Positions 45,159 to 56,834 are shown, counted from the first letter of the stretch. The stretch: DNA of 64,000 nt from Planktothrix sp. GU0601_MAG3 (GCA_035193785.1 CP136572.1:2004578-2068577); one strand, 5' to 3'. A program made the numbers and translations. The notes: generated by a model not told the origin, from the sequence alone.

Positions 45159-47986
45159 ATGAATAACGATCGCCCTAACAAACCCCAAAAAACTCGACAA
45201 ATTCCCCTGAGACTATTACTAATTATACCCTTTGTCGTGCAAATTGTGGGCGCGGTAGGATTAGTTGGTTTTCTCTCCTATCGCAGTGGACAAGAAGCGG
45301 TGGAAGATATTGCAACATCTTTGATGTCAGAAATCGGCGATCGCATTGAACAAAGCTTAAACAGCTATCTCAGAGCACCTGAAACAACTTACTCAAACTA
45401 ATGCCTCCCTCATCCGTCAAGGAATTTTAGATTACCAAAATTTACCAGCCCTACGAACACACTTTGCCCAGCAATTGCAAATTTTTCCTAGTGTCAGTAA
45501 TGCGTTTCTTTCTAATGAAAGAAAAGATTTTATATCAGTTTCACGATCTGCATCTGATCAGCTTACCGTTAGAATTTTAGATGCTTCAAAAAGTAAAAAT
45601 TTCTATCGTTACCTAGCAGATATCACAGGTCAAACCCATGATTTACTGGATATTAGGACTGACTATAATCCTCATAATGACCCCCCTGGGGGGAAGCCTT
45701 GGTATAGTGTTGCAAAGGAAGCGAAGACGGGAAATTGGAATATTGTGGTCAGCTTAGCACGGGGAAAAGATCACCCACTTCTGCTTTCAGCTTATTATTT
45801 GCCATTTAAAGATGTACAGGGAAAATTTCAAGGGGTACTTGTTTCTGGTCTATATTTAACTCAGTTTGGAGACTTTCTTAAAGGTCTAAAATTTGGCAAC
45901 ACAGGGCAAGCATTTTTAATAGATAAACAAGGACAAATGATTGCTAATTCTATTAATGAAGTACCATTTATAACTACCGCTAAAAGTAAATTATCTCAAA
46001 ATGTTAATGCTAGTTCCCGCCGATTAAAAGCAACAGATAGTAAAAATAAAATCACTCGCTTAACCTCCCAATATTTAACAGATAACTTTCAACTAGAAAG
46101 TATTCAAAACATTCAAAAACTTAATTTATCATTGGATGGTCAGAAATATTTTGTGCAGGTTCTTCCAGTCAGCAAACAAAATTTAAACTGGTTAACAGTT
46201 ATTGTCATTCCTGAATCTGACTTCATGGAACATATTCAGGAAAATGCCCATTTGACGATTGCATTGTGTGGTCTAACTCTTGTTGTTGCCATAATAATTG
46301 GTATTCTCACTGCTCAATGGATTACTAAACCAATTTTACGATTAAATCAAGCAAGTCAGGCTTTAGCATTAGGTGAATGGCAAAATTATGACCAAGAAAA
46401 TGATCTAATAGGAACCAAACGTATTACAGAAATATCAACTCTTGCCAATTCTTTTAATGCTATGGCTCATCAGTTAAAAAATGCTTTTGAAAATTTAGAA
46501 AATCGAGTGAAAGAACGTACAGCAGAGTTAGTTATTGCCAAGGAAAAAGCGGAAGTAGCTAATCAAGCCAAAAGTGCCTTTATTGCGAATATGAGCCATG
46601 AATTGCGAAGTCCATTAAATGCAATTATTGGTTTTTCTCAGTTAATGTTACGCACTAAAAATCTACCTTCTGAACAATACGAAAATGCGGGAATTATTCA
46701 ACGAAGTGGTGATTATTTATTAACTTTAATTAATAATGTCTTAGATTTTGCAAAAATTGAAGCCCAAAAAACTACTTTAAATCAAAAGGATATTGATCTA
46801 GATCAATTATTAGATGATTTAGAAGATATGTTACATTTAAGGGCGTTTAATGCGGGATTAGAATTAATATTTGATCGGGGTGAAAATTTACCCCGTTATA
46901 TTTATGCTGATGGGGTGAAATTACGTCAAATTTTACTAAATTTATTGGGTAATGCCATTAAATTTACTGAGAAAGGTGAAGTAATTTTAAGTATTAGATA
47001 CGATTCATCATTGACAACAGATGTAGGGTTGAACGGCCTACCCCTACAATTCACTATCAAAGATACAGGAAAGGGGATTTCTCAGGAGGAATTAAGCAAG
47101 TTATTTGAGGCATTTTCTCAAACAGAATCAGGGCGAGAAGCTCAAGAAGGAACAGGATTAGGATTAGCGATTAGTCGTCAATTTGTGCAGTTAATGGGGG
47201 GAGATATTACGGTAGAGAGTGAACTGGGAAAAGGAACAACTTTTGAATTTTCAATTAACGTAAAATCGGGAAAAGAAATTGATAATAATAGTAATATTTC
47301 ACGACAAAAAATATTAGAATTAGCACCGGAACAGCCGACTTATCAAATATTAGTGGTAGATGATAAAGCGATTAATTGCCAATTATTAATAAAATTACTT
47401 TCCCCTTTAGGATTTGAGGTGAAAGAAGCAAGTAATGGACAAGAAGCGATCGCCATTTGGGAAGAATGGCAACCCCATTTAATCTTTATGGATATGAGAA
47501 TGCCCGTTATGGATGGTTATGAAGCGACTAAATATATTAAATCTACCACAAAAGGCAATGCTACGGCGATTATTGCTTTAACAGCGAGTGTTTTAGAAGA
47601 AGAAAAAGCGATTACTTTATCAGCAGGATGTGATGATTTTATGCGTAAACCCTTTAAAGAATCTACAATTTTTGCAGTATTAACTAAATATTTAGGAGTC
47701 AAATATATTTATGAAACTATGACAAATGGCAATAGTCAAACAGGAGGAATAATTAATGAATTACCCCAACTAACGACAGAACAATTCCAAATCATGTCCC
47801 AAGAATGGCGGCTGAGATTATATCAAGCAGTTTCTGGAAGCAGATGAGCAGCAAATTATGAGATTAATCCCAGAAATTCCCGAAACCGAAGCCTCTTTTG
47901 CTAAAGGTTTGACTAAACTGGTGCGTCAATTTCAATTTGAGCAAATTATTGATTTAATGGAACCTCTGATTGGGGATTATAATTAA
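45159..47986 (+). CDS. Hybrid sensor histidine kinase/receiver, paralog 3 (+1 frameshifts at 45381 and 47830)
   Basis: Same motifs; sensor resembles paralog 1; distinct C-terminal tail. Confidence 0.92.
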
Positions 47987-48001
47987 TTAGAGTGTATTTT
48001 C

Positions 48002-48100
48002 ATCGGGATGTATTAGAAAAATTGCGCGGTGGTGGGTAGTTAGTTATCAGTTATGAGTGTTAATACTGCTATATTTCCAGGTTTAACCTGGGATTTTTTG
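48002..48100 (+). repeat. Relic duplicate of the acs 3' end and terminator
   Basis: TGTATTAGAAAAATTGCGCGGTGG exact at 37679-37702 and 48009-48032, followed by a similar terminator. Confidence 0.85.
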
Positions 48101-48223
48101 TAGAATAATGGGCTACTGCTTTAATGTGTTTAAGGTGTTTATTAACGGTGCACATTTTAGAACCTAAAACCTTAGTACAATCAAGTCAAGAGTATCAGAA
48201 TCAATAATTTTATTGTTCATCTC

Positions 48224-49411
48224 CTAAATTCGGGCTAACCATTTTTCTAAAGATAAATCAATTAAGTTGTTCAGAGATTTATAAGGAGATTTCTCTAATT
48301 CTCTTTCTATACCTGTCTTTTCTTTGATTATTTTAATATCAAGTTCAATGAGTTTCATTTCTTCATAAGTAACAGGTTTAAAGGTCATAATTTTTTTGTG
48401 AATTATATTAGTTTGGTTAACATAATTATTGGTATCTTTTTGAGAACATTGTAGATGAATGCTATATCTATAATTTCCATGATAGTAGTAACAATAACTA
48501 AAAAATCTATTTTCTTGAGGCTGATATCCATTTTCTACTTTTTCAAATAAGTTTTTTATTAATCTTTTTCTTTGATTAATCTCAGTCCCCATACCACTCG
48601 CAACATAACCCTCAATTAATGCTTTTTCATTCCAATCTGTCCAAATTCTACCTCGACTGATTCTATCGCTTTCTCCACATTTTAAAGGAATCCACAAAAA
48701 CAAGATTATATCTCCTTGAGGAACACGGCAAAATTCAGCACAATATTTACTGGTTTTACCATTTCCATTTCCATATAAAATACTTCCTGCGCTGGAAAAT
48801 TCCTGCATTCTTTTGTCAAAACTTAGTAACTTTTGTCGAATTTCTAAGATTTTATTTTTTTGCTGTTCATCACTATTTTTAATCAGCTTAAAAAAGCTTT
48901 GAGATGGACTAGGGATGTCAGAAAAATTGGGTTCTTGATACGGAACTTTAACCGATGATAGAGTTTGAGTATCAATATCTTTTAAATTCAAATAAAAGTG
49001 ATCAGCGTTTTGAATAACTGCAAACTGTAAAAACTGAAACTCTAGTTTATGATACTTTCGATCCGTTAAATTATCTCGATGAAATGAAGGCGCGATCGCT
49101 ATTAACTGAACAGGTTTATAATAATCAACGATTTGAGCATAAGGTTTTTCTTCTAATACAGCATCATAATAACGAGTTAACTGTTGAACAATTCCCCGAT
49201 CTTCAACATTTTTTAATTCTAATATGACTAATCGTTGATCAGCATCAACCGCCAACAAATCACAGCGTTGACCCTGTACAATATATTGACGATGTAAAAC
49301 AGTTAAACTGAAAACAGGTTGTAAATGAATAAATAGAAAATCCTCTAAGGTTTCCTCTGTTTCAAATTCCCATCGAGTTCCCGTTTTTCGTAAGTTGAAA
49401 TAATTTAACAT
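48224..49411 (-). CDS. PD-(D/E)XK nuclease domain protein (NucS C-terminal-like)
   Basis: EETLEDFL, RQY, CDLLAVD, VILELK, QQLTRYY. Confidence 0.75.
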   Translation of the reverse strand: MLNYFNLRKTGTRWEFETEETLEDFLFIHLQPVFSLTVLHRQYIVQGQRCDLLAVDADQRLVILELKNVEDRGIVQQLTRYYDAVLEEKPYAQIVDYYKPVQLIAIAPSFHRDNLTDRKYHKLEFQFLQFAVIQNADHFYLNLKDIDTQTLSSVKVPYQEPNFSDIPSPSQSFFKLIKNSDEQQKNKILEIRQKLLSFDKRMQEFSSAGSILYGNGNGKTSKYCAEFCRVPQGDIILFLWIPLKCGESDRISRGRIWTDWNEKALIEGYVASGMGTEINQRKRLIKNLFEKVENGYQPQENRFFSYCYYYHGNYRYSIHLQCSQKDTNNYVNQTNIIHKKIMTFKPVTYEEMKLIELDIKIIKEKTGIERELEKSPYKSLNNLIDLSLEKWLARI

Positions 49412-49516
49412 TGTTCTGGATGTAATTTTAAATAAATATGGTATTATGGCGACGACGATTAATGCCAGTACCAAGATAAATTGTATCATTTATAACTGAA
49501 AGGAAAATCAAATATT

Positions 49517-50468
49517 GTGGGAACTCGGATTAAGAACTTACAAGTCACAAGGGTCGTGGATGGGGACACAATTAAAGTGTTACTCAATGATAAACGAGAA
49601 TTTTTAAGACTTGATTGTGTGGACACCGAAGAAATACTAAACCATGATTCTAAACCCCGCACCAATGCGGGAATTGCGGCGGCGGAAATGGCGGCACAAT
49701 ATTTTACCAATGAACATGGTTTTTTAACCAAAGTTGATATTGAATTTGATGGCAATGAAACCCGTAGAACTCTGTTTAGAAAAATATCGAGATCATCACG
49801 GGCGATTAATTTGTTGTGTTCATAAACATGGAGAAAATTATAATGTAAAATTAATTAAGGAAGGTTGGAGTCCCTATTTTATTAAATATGGAGCATCCCA
49901 ATTATATCATCAAGAAATGATGCTGGCTGAAGCGGAAGCCCAAGCCCATAATCGCATTATTTGGAATCGTCAAACCAACGAAAGTAGCGCCTTTAGAAAC
50001 TATACAATTCTCATGCCTTGGTGGTCATTACGGGCCTCGATTGTGGATGATTTTCGTCGCTATGGACAACCGAATGGCGTGTTATCTGTTCGTTTAGATT
50101 ATCCTAAAATATTATTAGCCGCGATGAAGCAACAACCCATTACTATTTTCTGTGATTTACAGGAGGGAATTACTAAATGGATTGGGAATAGTGCAATTAT
50201 TCATACGGGAACAAAAGACCGGAGTTTGAAATTATGGATTCCTGAAGCTAGTGATAATAAATATGCTCCTATCGTGCATTTAATTAATAAACGATATACG
50301 GGGTTAGGACGGGGCTATGTTTATATTAGTGGACAGGTGACCATGTACCGAGATAAACCCGAAATCACCTTAACCAGTTTGCAACAATTATCGGATTTTT
50401 GCCCGATTTTTTTAGGAGCAAGTTCGATATATTCCCCAGCTTTAACGTATAATAATACTCAGAAATAA
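49517..50468 (+). CDS. Thermonuclease (SNase-like) protein with C-terminal extension (+1 frameshift at 49757)
   Basis: RVVDGDTI, RLDCVDTEE, DHHGRL, NVKLIKEG. Confidence 0.85.
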
Positions 50469-50481
50469 TTAGGATATTATC

Positions 50482-51063
50482 ATGGCAAATTCTCCCAAAA
50501 TTCTCGCCTTTGCTGGCAGTGCAAAGGAAACTTCCTTTAATAAAAAGTTAGTCCAAATTGCCGCCGCCGGAGCCAAAACAGCCGGGGCGGAAGTCACCTA
50601 TATTGATTTACGCGATTTCCCGATGCCCTTATTTGATGAAGATTTAGAAGCCCAACAGGGAATTCCGGTGGCCGTTCGTGAATTTAAAGATTTAATGGTA
50701 GCCCATCAAGGCTTATTAATTGCTTGTCCTGAGTATAATAGTTCGATTACACCGTTATTAAAAAATGCCATTGATTGGGCATCCCGTCCCGAACCCAATT
50801 TATCGGGATTAGCCTGTTTTAATAATAAAATTGCAGCAATTATGAGCGCCTCCCCCGGAGGATTTGGAGGAATGCGCGGGTTAGTTCATGTTCGCGCTAT
50901 TTTAGAAAGTATTGGGGTGTTAGTTATTCCTCAACAACGGTCTATTTCCCAAGCCTTTGAAGCCTTTAATTCAGATGGAATCTTAAAAGATCCCAAACAA
51001 CAGCAGGATGTAGAAAGTTTAGGAGCAAAAGTTACCAATTTATTAATCAAACTTTCCTCTTAA
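50482..51063 (+). CDS. NADPH-dependent FMN reductase
   Basis: PEYNSSI, LKNAIDWASR, SPGGFGG. Confidence 0.93.
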   Translation: MANSPKILAFAGSAKETSFNKKLVQIAAAGAKTAGAEVTYIDLRDFPMPLFDEDLEAQQGIPVAVREFKDLMVAHQGLLIACPEYNSSITPLLKNAIDWASRPEPNLSGLACFNNKIAAIMSASPGGFGGMRGLVHVRAILESIGVLVIPQQRSISQAFEAFNSDGILKDPKQQQDVESLGAKVTNLLIKLSS

Positions 51064-51065
51064 AT

Positions 51066-51198
51066 ATTACCCATTACCCCTTCGTAATTCGTAATTCGTA
51101 ATTCGTAATTCGTAATTACCCATTCCCCATTCCCCATTACCCATTACCCATTACCCATTACCCATTACCCATTACCCATTACCCATTACCCATTACCC
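51066..51198. repeat. Heptamer tandem repeats (ATTACCC)n with (TTCGTAA)5 inside
   Basis: Directly visible in the sequence. Confidence 0.92.
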
Positions 51199-51210
51199 CT
51201 TCCCTAATCT

Positions 51211-51714
51211 ATGGCTACTTTTCCAGAAGGATTTCCACCACCCACTCCCGTCGGAGTAATTGAAGTTAAACAATATCCCGCCTATCGAGGAGTAACCTAT
51301 GTTCATCAAGGGGATTTAACTCAAGCCACTCGCCAGGCATTTAATCCCCTATTTCAACATATTAGTAGTAATAATATTGCCATGACAACTCCGGTGGAAG
51401 CTCGGTATTTACAAGCATCTGATTGTCAGAATCAAGCCGAGGTTTCTTTCCTTTATTCCCATCCTGAAATCACCCCTCAACAAATACAATCCGATGTCAA
51501 TATAACGGATACTCCGACCATGAAAGTCCTGAGTATTGGCATTCAAGGAGCTTATACTTGGGAGAGTTATCAAGTTCATTTACAACGGTTAAAAAACTGG
51601 TTAAAACAACATCCCGAATATGAAATTGTGGGTTCTCCCAGACGGTTGTTTTATAATTCTCCCATGACCCCTGAGAACCTCAAATATAGTGAAGTACAAA
51701 TTCCGATAAATTAA
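51211..51714 (+). CDS. SOUL heme-binding family protein
   Basis: EVKQYPAYR, AFNPLFQHI, IAMTTPV, YNSP..SEVQIP. Confidence 0.85.
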   Translation: MATFPEGFPPPTPVGVIEVKQYPAYRGVTYVHQGDLTQATRQAFNPLFQHISSNNIAMTTPVEARYLQASDCQNQAEVSFLYSHPEITPQQIQSDVNITDTPTMKVLSIGIQGAYTWESYQVHLQRLKNWLKQHPEYEIVGSPRRLFYNSPMTPENLKYSEVQIPIN

Positions 51715-51748
51715 TCAAAATTCGATTAATTTATCCTAATCTAAAACC

Positions 51749-52165
51749 TTATTTTTGGTCAGAAATAGAGAGCCGATAAGGATTTTGACCCTGTTGACGA
51801 TCGCCGATATAAATGTTATAATTGCCGGGAGTTCCGTAACCCGAATATTGTAAAACACCGCTATTGGCAGAACCTTCGGGTAACATACAATAACGTCCGG
51901 TGGGGCCATCAACTAATAAGGTCGGTGAGCCGGATGTAGTTACCATAATTCGCCAATAGGGTAAATCATCGGTAATTTCAATAACATGGTTTGGGGTTTG
52001 AGCAATAAACCCGCAGTCCTGACTATTCACAGGCCCTCCAGAGCTTCCTGAGAGGGAAAGAGAACCCCCCGGGCTGATTTGTTGACGGTCGGCCCAAGCG
52101 TTGGGTGCAAAGGCTAAAACCAAGCTGAAAACCCATCCCATCAAGGTTAAATGGCGTAATTTCAT
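51749..52165 (-). CDS. Secreted hypothetical protein
   Basis: Signal peptide (AWA), CGFI, PTLLVDGP, GNYNIYIG. Confidence 0.75.
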   Translation of the reverse strand: MKLRHLTLMGWVFSLVLAFAPNAWADRQQISPGGSLSLSGSSGGPVNSQDCGFIAQTPNHVIEITDDLPYWRIMVTTSGSPTLLVDGPTGRYCMLPEGSANSGVLQYSGYGTPGNYNIYIGDRQQGQNPYRLSISDQK

Positions 52166-52289
52166 TTTAAGTTTCTCCTACAGTTAGTGCACTCCATTCA
52201 AACTATACTGACGGAAAATTAGACTTACAGGTTCGTTTTTTCAATCTTTGAGGGATAATCAATACTGTGCCATTAAAGTAGGGATTGTT

Positions 52290-52562
52290 GTGACCCATCA
52301 CTACCAAGCTAGAATTTATATTACTCTCCGTCCTTCTGTTCTTGATCCTCAAGGCGTGGCGGTGAAATCTGGTATTCAACATTTGGGATATGACAATGTT
52401 GAACAGGTGCGGATTGGTAAATATATTGAAATGACCCTTTCAGCAACGGATGAAACCGAAGCAAAAAGTCAACTTGATCAGATTTGCGATCAAGTATTAG
52501 CAAATCCGGTGATTGAAACCTATCGATTTGATCTAACGGAAGTTGCGGCCGTTACTCATTAA
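52290..52562 (+). CDS. purS: Phosphoribosylformylglycinamidine synthase subunit PurS
   Basis: VLDPQG, VRIGKYIE, LANPVIE. Confidence 0.95.
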   Translation: MTHHYQARIYITLRPSVLDPQGVAVKSGIQHLGYDNVEQVRIGKYIEMTLSATDETEAKSQLDQICDQVLANPVIETYRFDLTEVAAVTH

Positions 52563-52611
52563 TTTGATGAACAGTTGGGTTGATCAAAAATGAACTAAAA
52601 ACCTTTTTTGA

Positions 52612-52714
52612 TAGGACTTACGCAGAAACCGGGTTTCTGAACGAGAAATCACCGATTTCATCCGCAAAATCATGGCTAGAAACCCGGTTTCTTTGGTCTT
52701 GTGCGTAAGTCCTG
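52612..52714. mobile_element. 103-bp MITE, copy 2 (5-bp target-site duplication TTTGA)
   Basis: TTTGA-TAGGACTTACGCA...TGCGTAAGTCCTG-TTTGA. Confidence 0.9.
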
Positions 52715-52759
52715 TTTGATCAACTTGTTTCTATTGATAATCTACTAGATTAATACATT

Positions 52760-53437
52760 ATGAAATTTGGAGTTATTGTGTTTCCGGGTTCTAATTGCGA
52801 TCGAGATGTGGCTTGGGTAACTCAAGGATTATTGGGGCAACCAACCCGGATGATTTGGCATGAAGATACGGATTTATCGGATATTGATGTGGTGATCATT
52901 CCAGGGGGTTTTAGTTACGGGGATTACCTGCGCTGTGGGGCGATCGCGCGGTTTTCTCCAATCATGCGTTCCACCATTGAACACGCCAACCAAGGGAAAT
53001 TTGTTCTGGGAATTTGTAACGGATTTCAGGTATTAACTGAAGCGGGATTATTACCTGGGGCGTTAGTTAGAAATCGGGATTTACACTTTATTTGTGAGTC
53101 TGCTCCTTTAACAGTAATTAATAGTAATATTCCCTGGACTTCTGAATATCAAGTCGGGGAAGTGATTAATTTACCCATTGCCCACGGGGAAGGCTGTTAT
53201 TATGCTGATGAAAAAACCCTAGAAGAATTAGAAGCAAATCACCAAGTTTTATTCCGTTATGGAACCGATAAAACCCCGAAACCCGAAGAAAATCCTAATG
53301 GATCTTTAAATAATATTGCGGGAATTTGTAACCGTCAAGGCAACGTTTTAGGCATGATGCCCCATCCCGAAAGAGCCTCCGATCCCATGTTAGGAAATAC
53401 CGACGGGATTAAACTGTTTAAAACCTTATTATCTTAG
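52760..53437 (+). CDS. purQ: Phosphoribosylformylglycinamidine synthase subunit PurQ
   Basis: [31 protein letters not shown]. Confidence 0.97.
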   Translation: MKFGVIVFPGSNCDRDVAWVTQGLLGQPTRMIWHEDTDLSDIDVVIIPGGFSYGDYLRCGAIARFSPIMRSTIEHANQGKFVLGICNGFQVLTEAGLLPGALVRNRDLHFICESAPLTVINSNIPWTSEYQVGEVINLPIAHGEGCYYADEKTLEELEANHQVLFRYGTDKTPKPEENPNGSLNNIAGICNRQGNVLGMMPHPERASDPMLGNTDGIKLFKTLLS

Positions 53438-54006
53438 CCTATAGTCCCATTCTCCACCCGTTAAAAAACCGGGTATCTAAACTTCAGAACCCGGTATTTA
53501 TAATGCCCTAAATCCTAATTTTCCAGGGTTTTTGCACTTTGACCAAAGAGGATTTTTTTAACTTCATCGGTCATTTTTGTCCCGGAAGCATAGGTTTTTC
53601 CTTTTTCGTAAGCCCGTACCACCGCCGGACGGGATTGAATCCGATTAAACCAAGCTTTTAAATGGGGAAAATCCTCTAAATTTTGCTGTTGTTGTTCAAA
53701 GGGAACAATCCAAGGATAACAAGCCATATCGGCAATTGAGTATTGTCCTGCAATATAATCTTGTCCGGCTAATTGACGATTTAAAACCCCATATAAACGA
53801 TTGGTTTCTTTGACATAACGGTCAATGGCATAGGGAATTTTTTCCGGTGCATACTGAACAAAATGATGGTTTTGTCCTGCCATCGGCCCTAATCCTCCAA
53901 CCTGCCAGAATAACCACTGTGAACTACCTACACCGCCCTAATCGGGTCGGTATAGGATCAGCGAATTCACAGACCGATGCCCCTTACTTTTACAAGCAGG
54001 TGGACT

Positions 54007-54662
54007 TACACAGCCTCCATCGGCAAAGACGGGGTTCCCTCCGCCTTCAGTATAAATGTTTAGGGTTGGCGTATTTAGTTGCACTCTCTCCATTGTGAAT
54101 AATTGCAAAATCTTTCAACCCCAAATCAATCCCAATAATGTTGTCTCCCGACTGTTTAACGTCAGTTTCCTTCTACCTCACATAAGAGGGAAGCAAAGTA
54201 TTTATCAGTCGAAGTCTTGGAGATTGTTACTGTTTTAATTTTTCCCGTAATCTCTCGGTGAAATATTGCTTTAATTTCACCAATCTTAGGGACTTTTAGA
54301 TATTCACCGTTAACAGTAACACTTTGAGGATACTGAATTGATTGCTTGTGATGTTTAGATTTGAAATTAGGAAATTTAGCTCGTCCCTCAAAAAAGTTTT
54401 TGTAAGCTCTATCTAAGTTTATAGCTACACATTGGAGAACCGATGAGTAGCAATCTTCTTTAAGCCAAGGATATTCTTTTTTGAGTTGAGGGAGTATTCC
54501 TTTATAAGATGCTAATTTTAGGCTTTTGCCAGTTTCTTGATAGTGCTGAATACAGGCATTTAAGGCAAAATTCCAATACCATCTTGCACAACCATAAGAC
54601 TTGGCTAACGCCAATTCCTGTTCGGCTGTTGGATAGAGTCTAACCTTGGTAACCTTCAGCAC
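54007..54662 (-). pseudogene. tnpB: tnpB with large internal deletion
   Basis: RLYPT...GIDLGLK...NPKHLY joined directly to a C-terminal-like LKAEGTPSLPMEAV; RuvC-II/III and zinc finger absent. Confidence 0.85.
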
Positions 54663-54740
54663 TTTGAATCACCTCCTCGGTCGGGTGTTCTGATTTTGCT
54701 ATACACTGACTATAGCACAAGTTTTAAAATGTGGGGAATC

Positions 54741-55160
54741 ATGAAAAATGATTTTGTCAGCAAAGGTAGATCTGTTAGCGATCTAAAGGTTCACTTGGTT
54801 TTGACGACCAAATACAGACGGAGGGTTTTTACTCTTGAAATGCTGAATCGGCTGCATGAAATCCTTGAAGAATTACTCCAAAAGTGGGATTGTAAATTAA
54901 TTGAGTTTAATGGTGAAGATGATCATGTTCATCTTCTTTTTCAATACCATCCAGATATCGCTCTGAGTAATTTAGTTAACAACCTCAAATCCGTGACATC
55001 TCGAAAACTCAGGCAAGAATTCTCTGATTATTTAAGTTCTTTTTACTGGAAAGATGTTTTTTGGAATGGTTCTTATTTTGTTGCAAGTTGCGGTGGAATA
55101 ACTATTTCAACCCTGAGACGATATATCGAGAATCAAAATCAACCTGATTGTTTCCGATAA
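54741..55160 (+). CDS. tnpA: IS200/IS605 Y1 (HUH) transposase
   Basis: HLVLTTKYRR, DHVHLL, WNGSYF, RYIENQ. Confidence 0.95.
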   Translation: MKNDFVSKGRSVSDLKVHLVLTTKYRRRVFTLEMLNRLHEILEELLQKWDCKLIEFNGEDDHVHLLFQYHPDIALSNLVNNLKSVTSRKLRQEFSDYLSSFYWKDVFWNGSYFVASCGGITISTLRRYIENQNQPDCFR

Positions 55161-55587
55161 TCCCTGACCGCAATTCATCCCACGCTGCCCTATCGGGTCA
55201 GTCGTGGGGCTTCGGCGCGAAGAAGCTAAAACGGTTTTGCGATCGCGCCAATTTTCAGGGAAAAACTGTCCGGTTTTTTCGGCTAAATAAATTAAAATAG
55301 CCCCGGATTCAAAAATAGATAAAGGTTCACCCCCATCAACGGGATCGAAGTCAATAATGGCAGGCATTCGATTATTAGGCGCAATTTTCAGAAATTCCGG
55401 TTTGAATTGAGCCCCCGTCCCAATATTAATCGGAATAATTTGATAGTCTAATCCAGTTTCTTCTAAAAATATTGAGATTTTGTGACCGTTGGGTGTCGGC
55501 CAGTAGTGAAGTTCAATCATAATTTTGAAACTCAAAAATTGCCGATAGCTAAAACTTGAAGGAGGCGTAAACGCCTCACTACAAAGT

Positions 55588-55893
55588 TTATAGGTCTTCT
55601 TGGAAGTCTTTTAAAATTCTTAGCAGGTCTTGAATTCCTGCATTGGGAATTAAATTCACTAAGGAGGTCGTCTGTTTTCCACCCCCTAAGTTGACATAAA
55701 CTTTTTGCAAGACCTGTTGAACTTCACTTTCGGTAAAGTCTCCCTGCTCTAAAATGGGATAAAGTTGTTCTGCCAATTGTGTATGCAAATGGGCATCGGC
55801 TAAATAAAGATGCCATTTGGCAATATCGATATAGATATTTTCCCCAATTTCAGCGGCTAATTTTTCCAGGGTTTTTGTATCTAAAACAGACAT
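55588..55893 (-). CDS. DUF3181 family protein
   Basis: IGENIYIDIAKWHLYLADAHL, LGGG. Confidence 0.8.
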   Translation of the reverse strand: MSVLDTKTLEKLAAEIGENIYIDIAKWHLYLADAHLHTQLAEQLYPILEQGDFTESEVQQVLQKVYVNLGGGKQTTSLVNLIPNAGIQDLLRILKDFQEDL

Positions 55894-55944
55894 GATTAAA
55901 CTCCTAAATAATTAAGGGTTAACGATTAATGGTTAACTCCAATG

Positions 55945-56199
55945 TTATTGATCGGGGGTGACCGGAGAATAGTTGGCGATCGCGAAAATATAAATGCCAT
56001 GAATGGCGATCGCAGATAACCACACCAGGGTAAATGGGGTTAACCAAGACCAGTCCGTGGATTGCAGATTATGGAAAAACCATAAACCCGAATTAATCGT
56101 GGCAAAAATAGCAACATGGGTGGCAAAATTCACCCGATCGTCCAAACGGCGATAGTCTGGATCTTTCCGGTCAGGTTGACGGGGCCAACGAGGAGGCAT
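55945..56199 (-). CDS. 2TM-domain small membrane protein
   Basis: MPPRWPRQPDRKDP..FATHVAIF. Confidence 0.8.
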   Translation of the reverse strand: MPPRWPRQPDRKDPDYRRLDDRVNFATHVAIFATINSGLWFFHNLQSTDWSWLTPFTLVWLSAIAIHGIYIFAIANYSPVTPDQ

Positions 56200-56238
56200 A
56201 GACAATTAATTCCCAAGCATTTCCATTCCATTTTAGGC

Positions 56239-56760
56239 TTAACTGGGATTGACTTCTATCTGTTGTTGGTAGTCCCCGGATTTTCCCCCGGTTTTACTCA
56301 ACAGCCGAATTTCCTCAATCACAATGGATTTTTCTAGGGCTTTGGCCATGTCATATAAGGTCAAAGCCGCCACGGAAACGGCCGTTAATGCCTCCATTTC
56401 TACCCCGGTTTCCGCTTTGGTCAAAACTTCCGCCCGAATCTGATACCCGGGTAATTCGGGATCGGGAATAATTTGGACATCAATTTTGCCCAGGGGTAAG
56501 GGATGACAGAGGGGAATTAACTGGGCCGTTTGTTTGGCCGCCATGATTCCCGCCAGTTTCGCTGTCCCTAAAACATCCCCTTTCGGCGCGTTTCCGGCTT
56601 CGATGGCGGCAAAGGTACTCCTTAACATCCTGACCTGTCCCCCGGCGATCGCCCGGCGACGAGTTACCTCTTTGTCTGACACATCTACCATCCTCGCTTC
56701 CCCGGTTTCATCTAGGTGGGAAAGGCGATCGGCGGAATCCGAAAAAAAATTGTTTGCCAT
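56239..56760 (-). CDS. moaC: Cyclic pyranopterin monophosphate synthase
   Basis: [28 protein letters not shown]. Confidence 0.96.
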   Translation of the reverse strand: MANNFFSDSADRLSHLDETGEARMVDVSDKEVTRRRAIAGGQVRMLRSTFAAIEAGNAPKGDVLGTAKLAGIMAAKQTAQLIPLCHPLPLGKIDVQIIPDPELPGYQIRAEVLTKAETGVEMEALTAVSVAALTLYDMAKALEKSIVIEEIRLLSKTGGKSGDYQQQIEVNPS

Positions 56761-56834
56761 TTGGGAAAAATGTGTTATGCTAATAAAGCAGTCAAAAAAA
56801 GCCGATTTTTGAGATTGTTGTGCTGAACTGACGG

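Larger units (their letters stand above)
53919..55225. mobile_element. IS200/IS605 (IS605-type) element with divergent tnpA and tnpB, no target duplication
   Basis: Removing it restores the GST frame (V-L-E/Q-W); ends +/-1 bp. Confidence 0.92.
53515..55520 (-). pseudogene. Glutathione S-transferase (YfcG-like) interrupted by an IS200/IS605 element
   Basis: N-terminus TPNGHK...FESGAIL (55520-55226); C-terminus WLFWQVGGLGPMAGQ...SIADMA (53918-53515). Confidence 0.92.
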
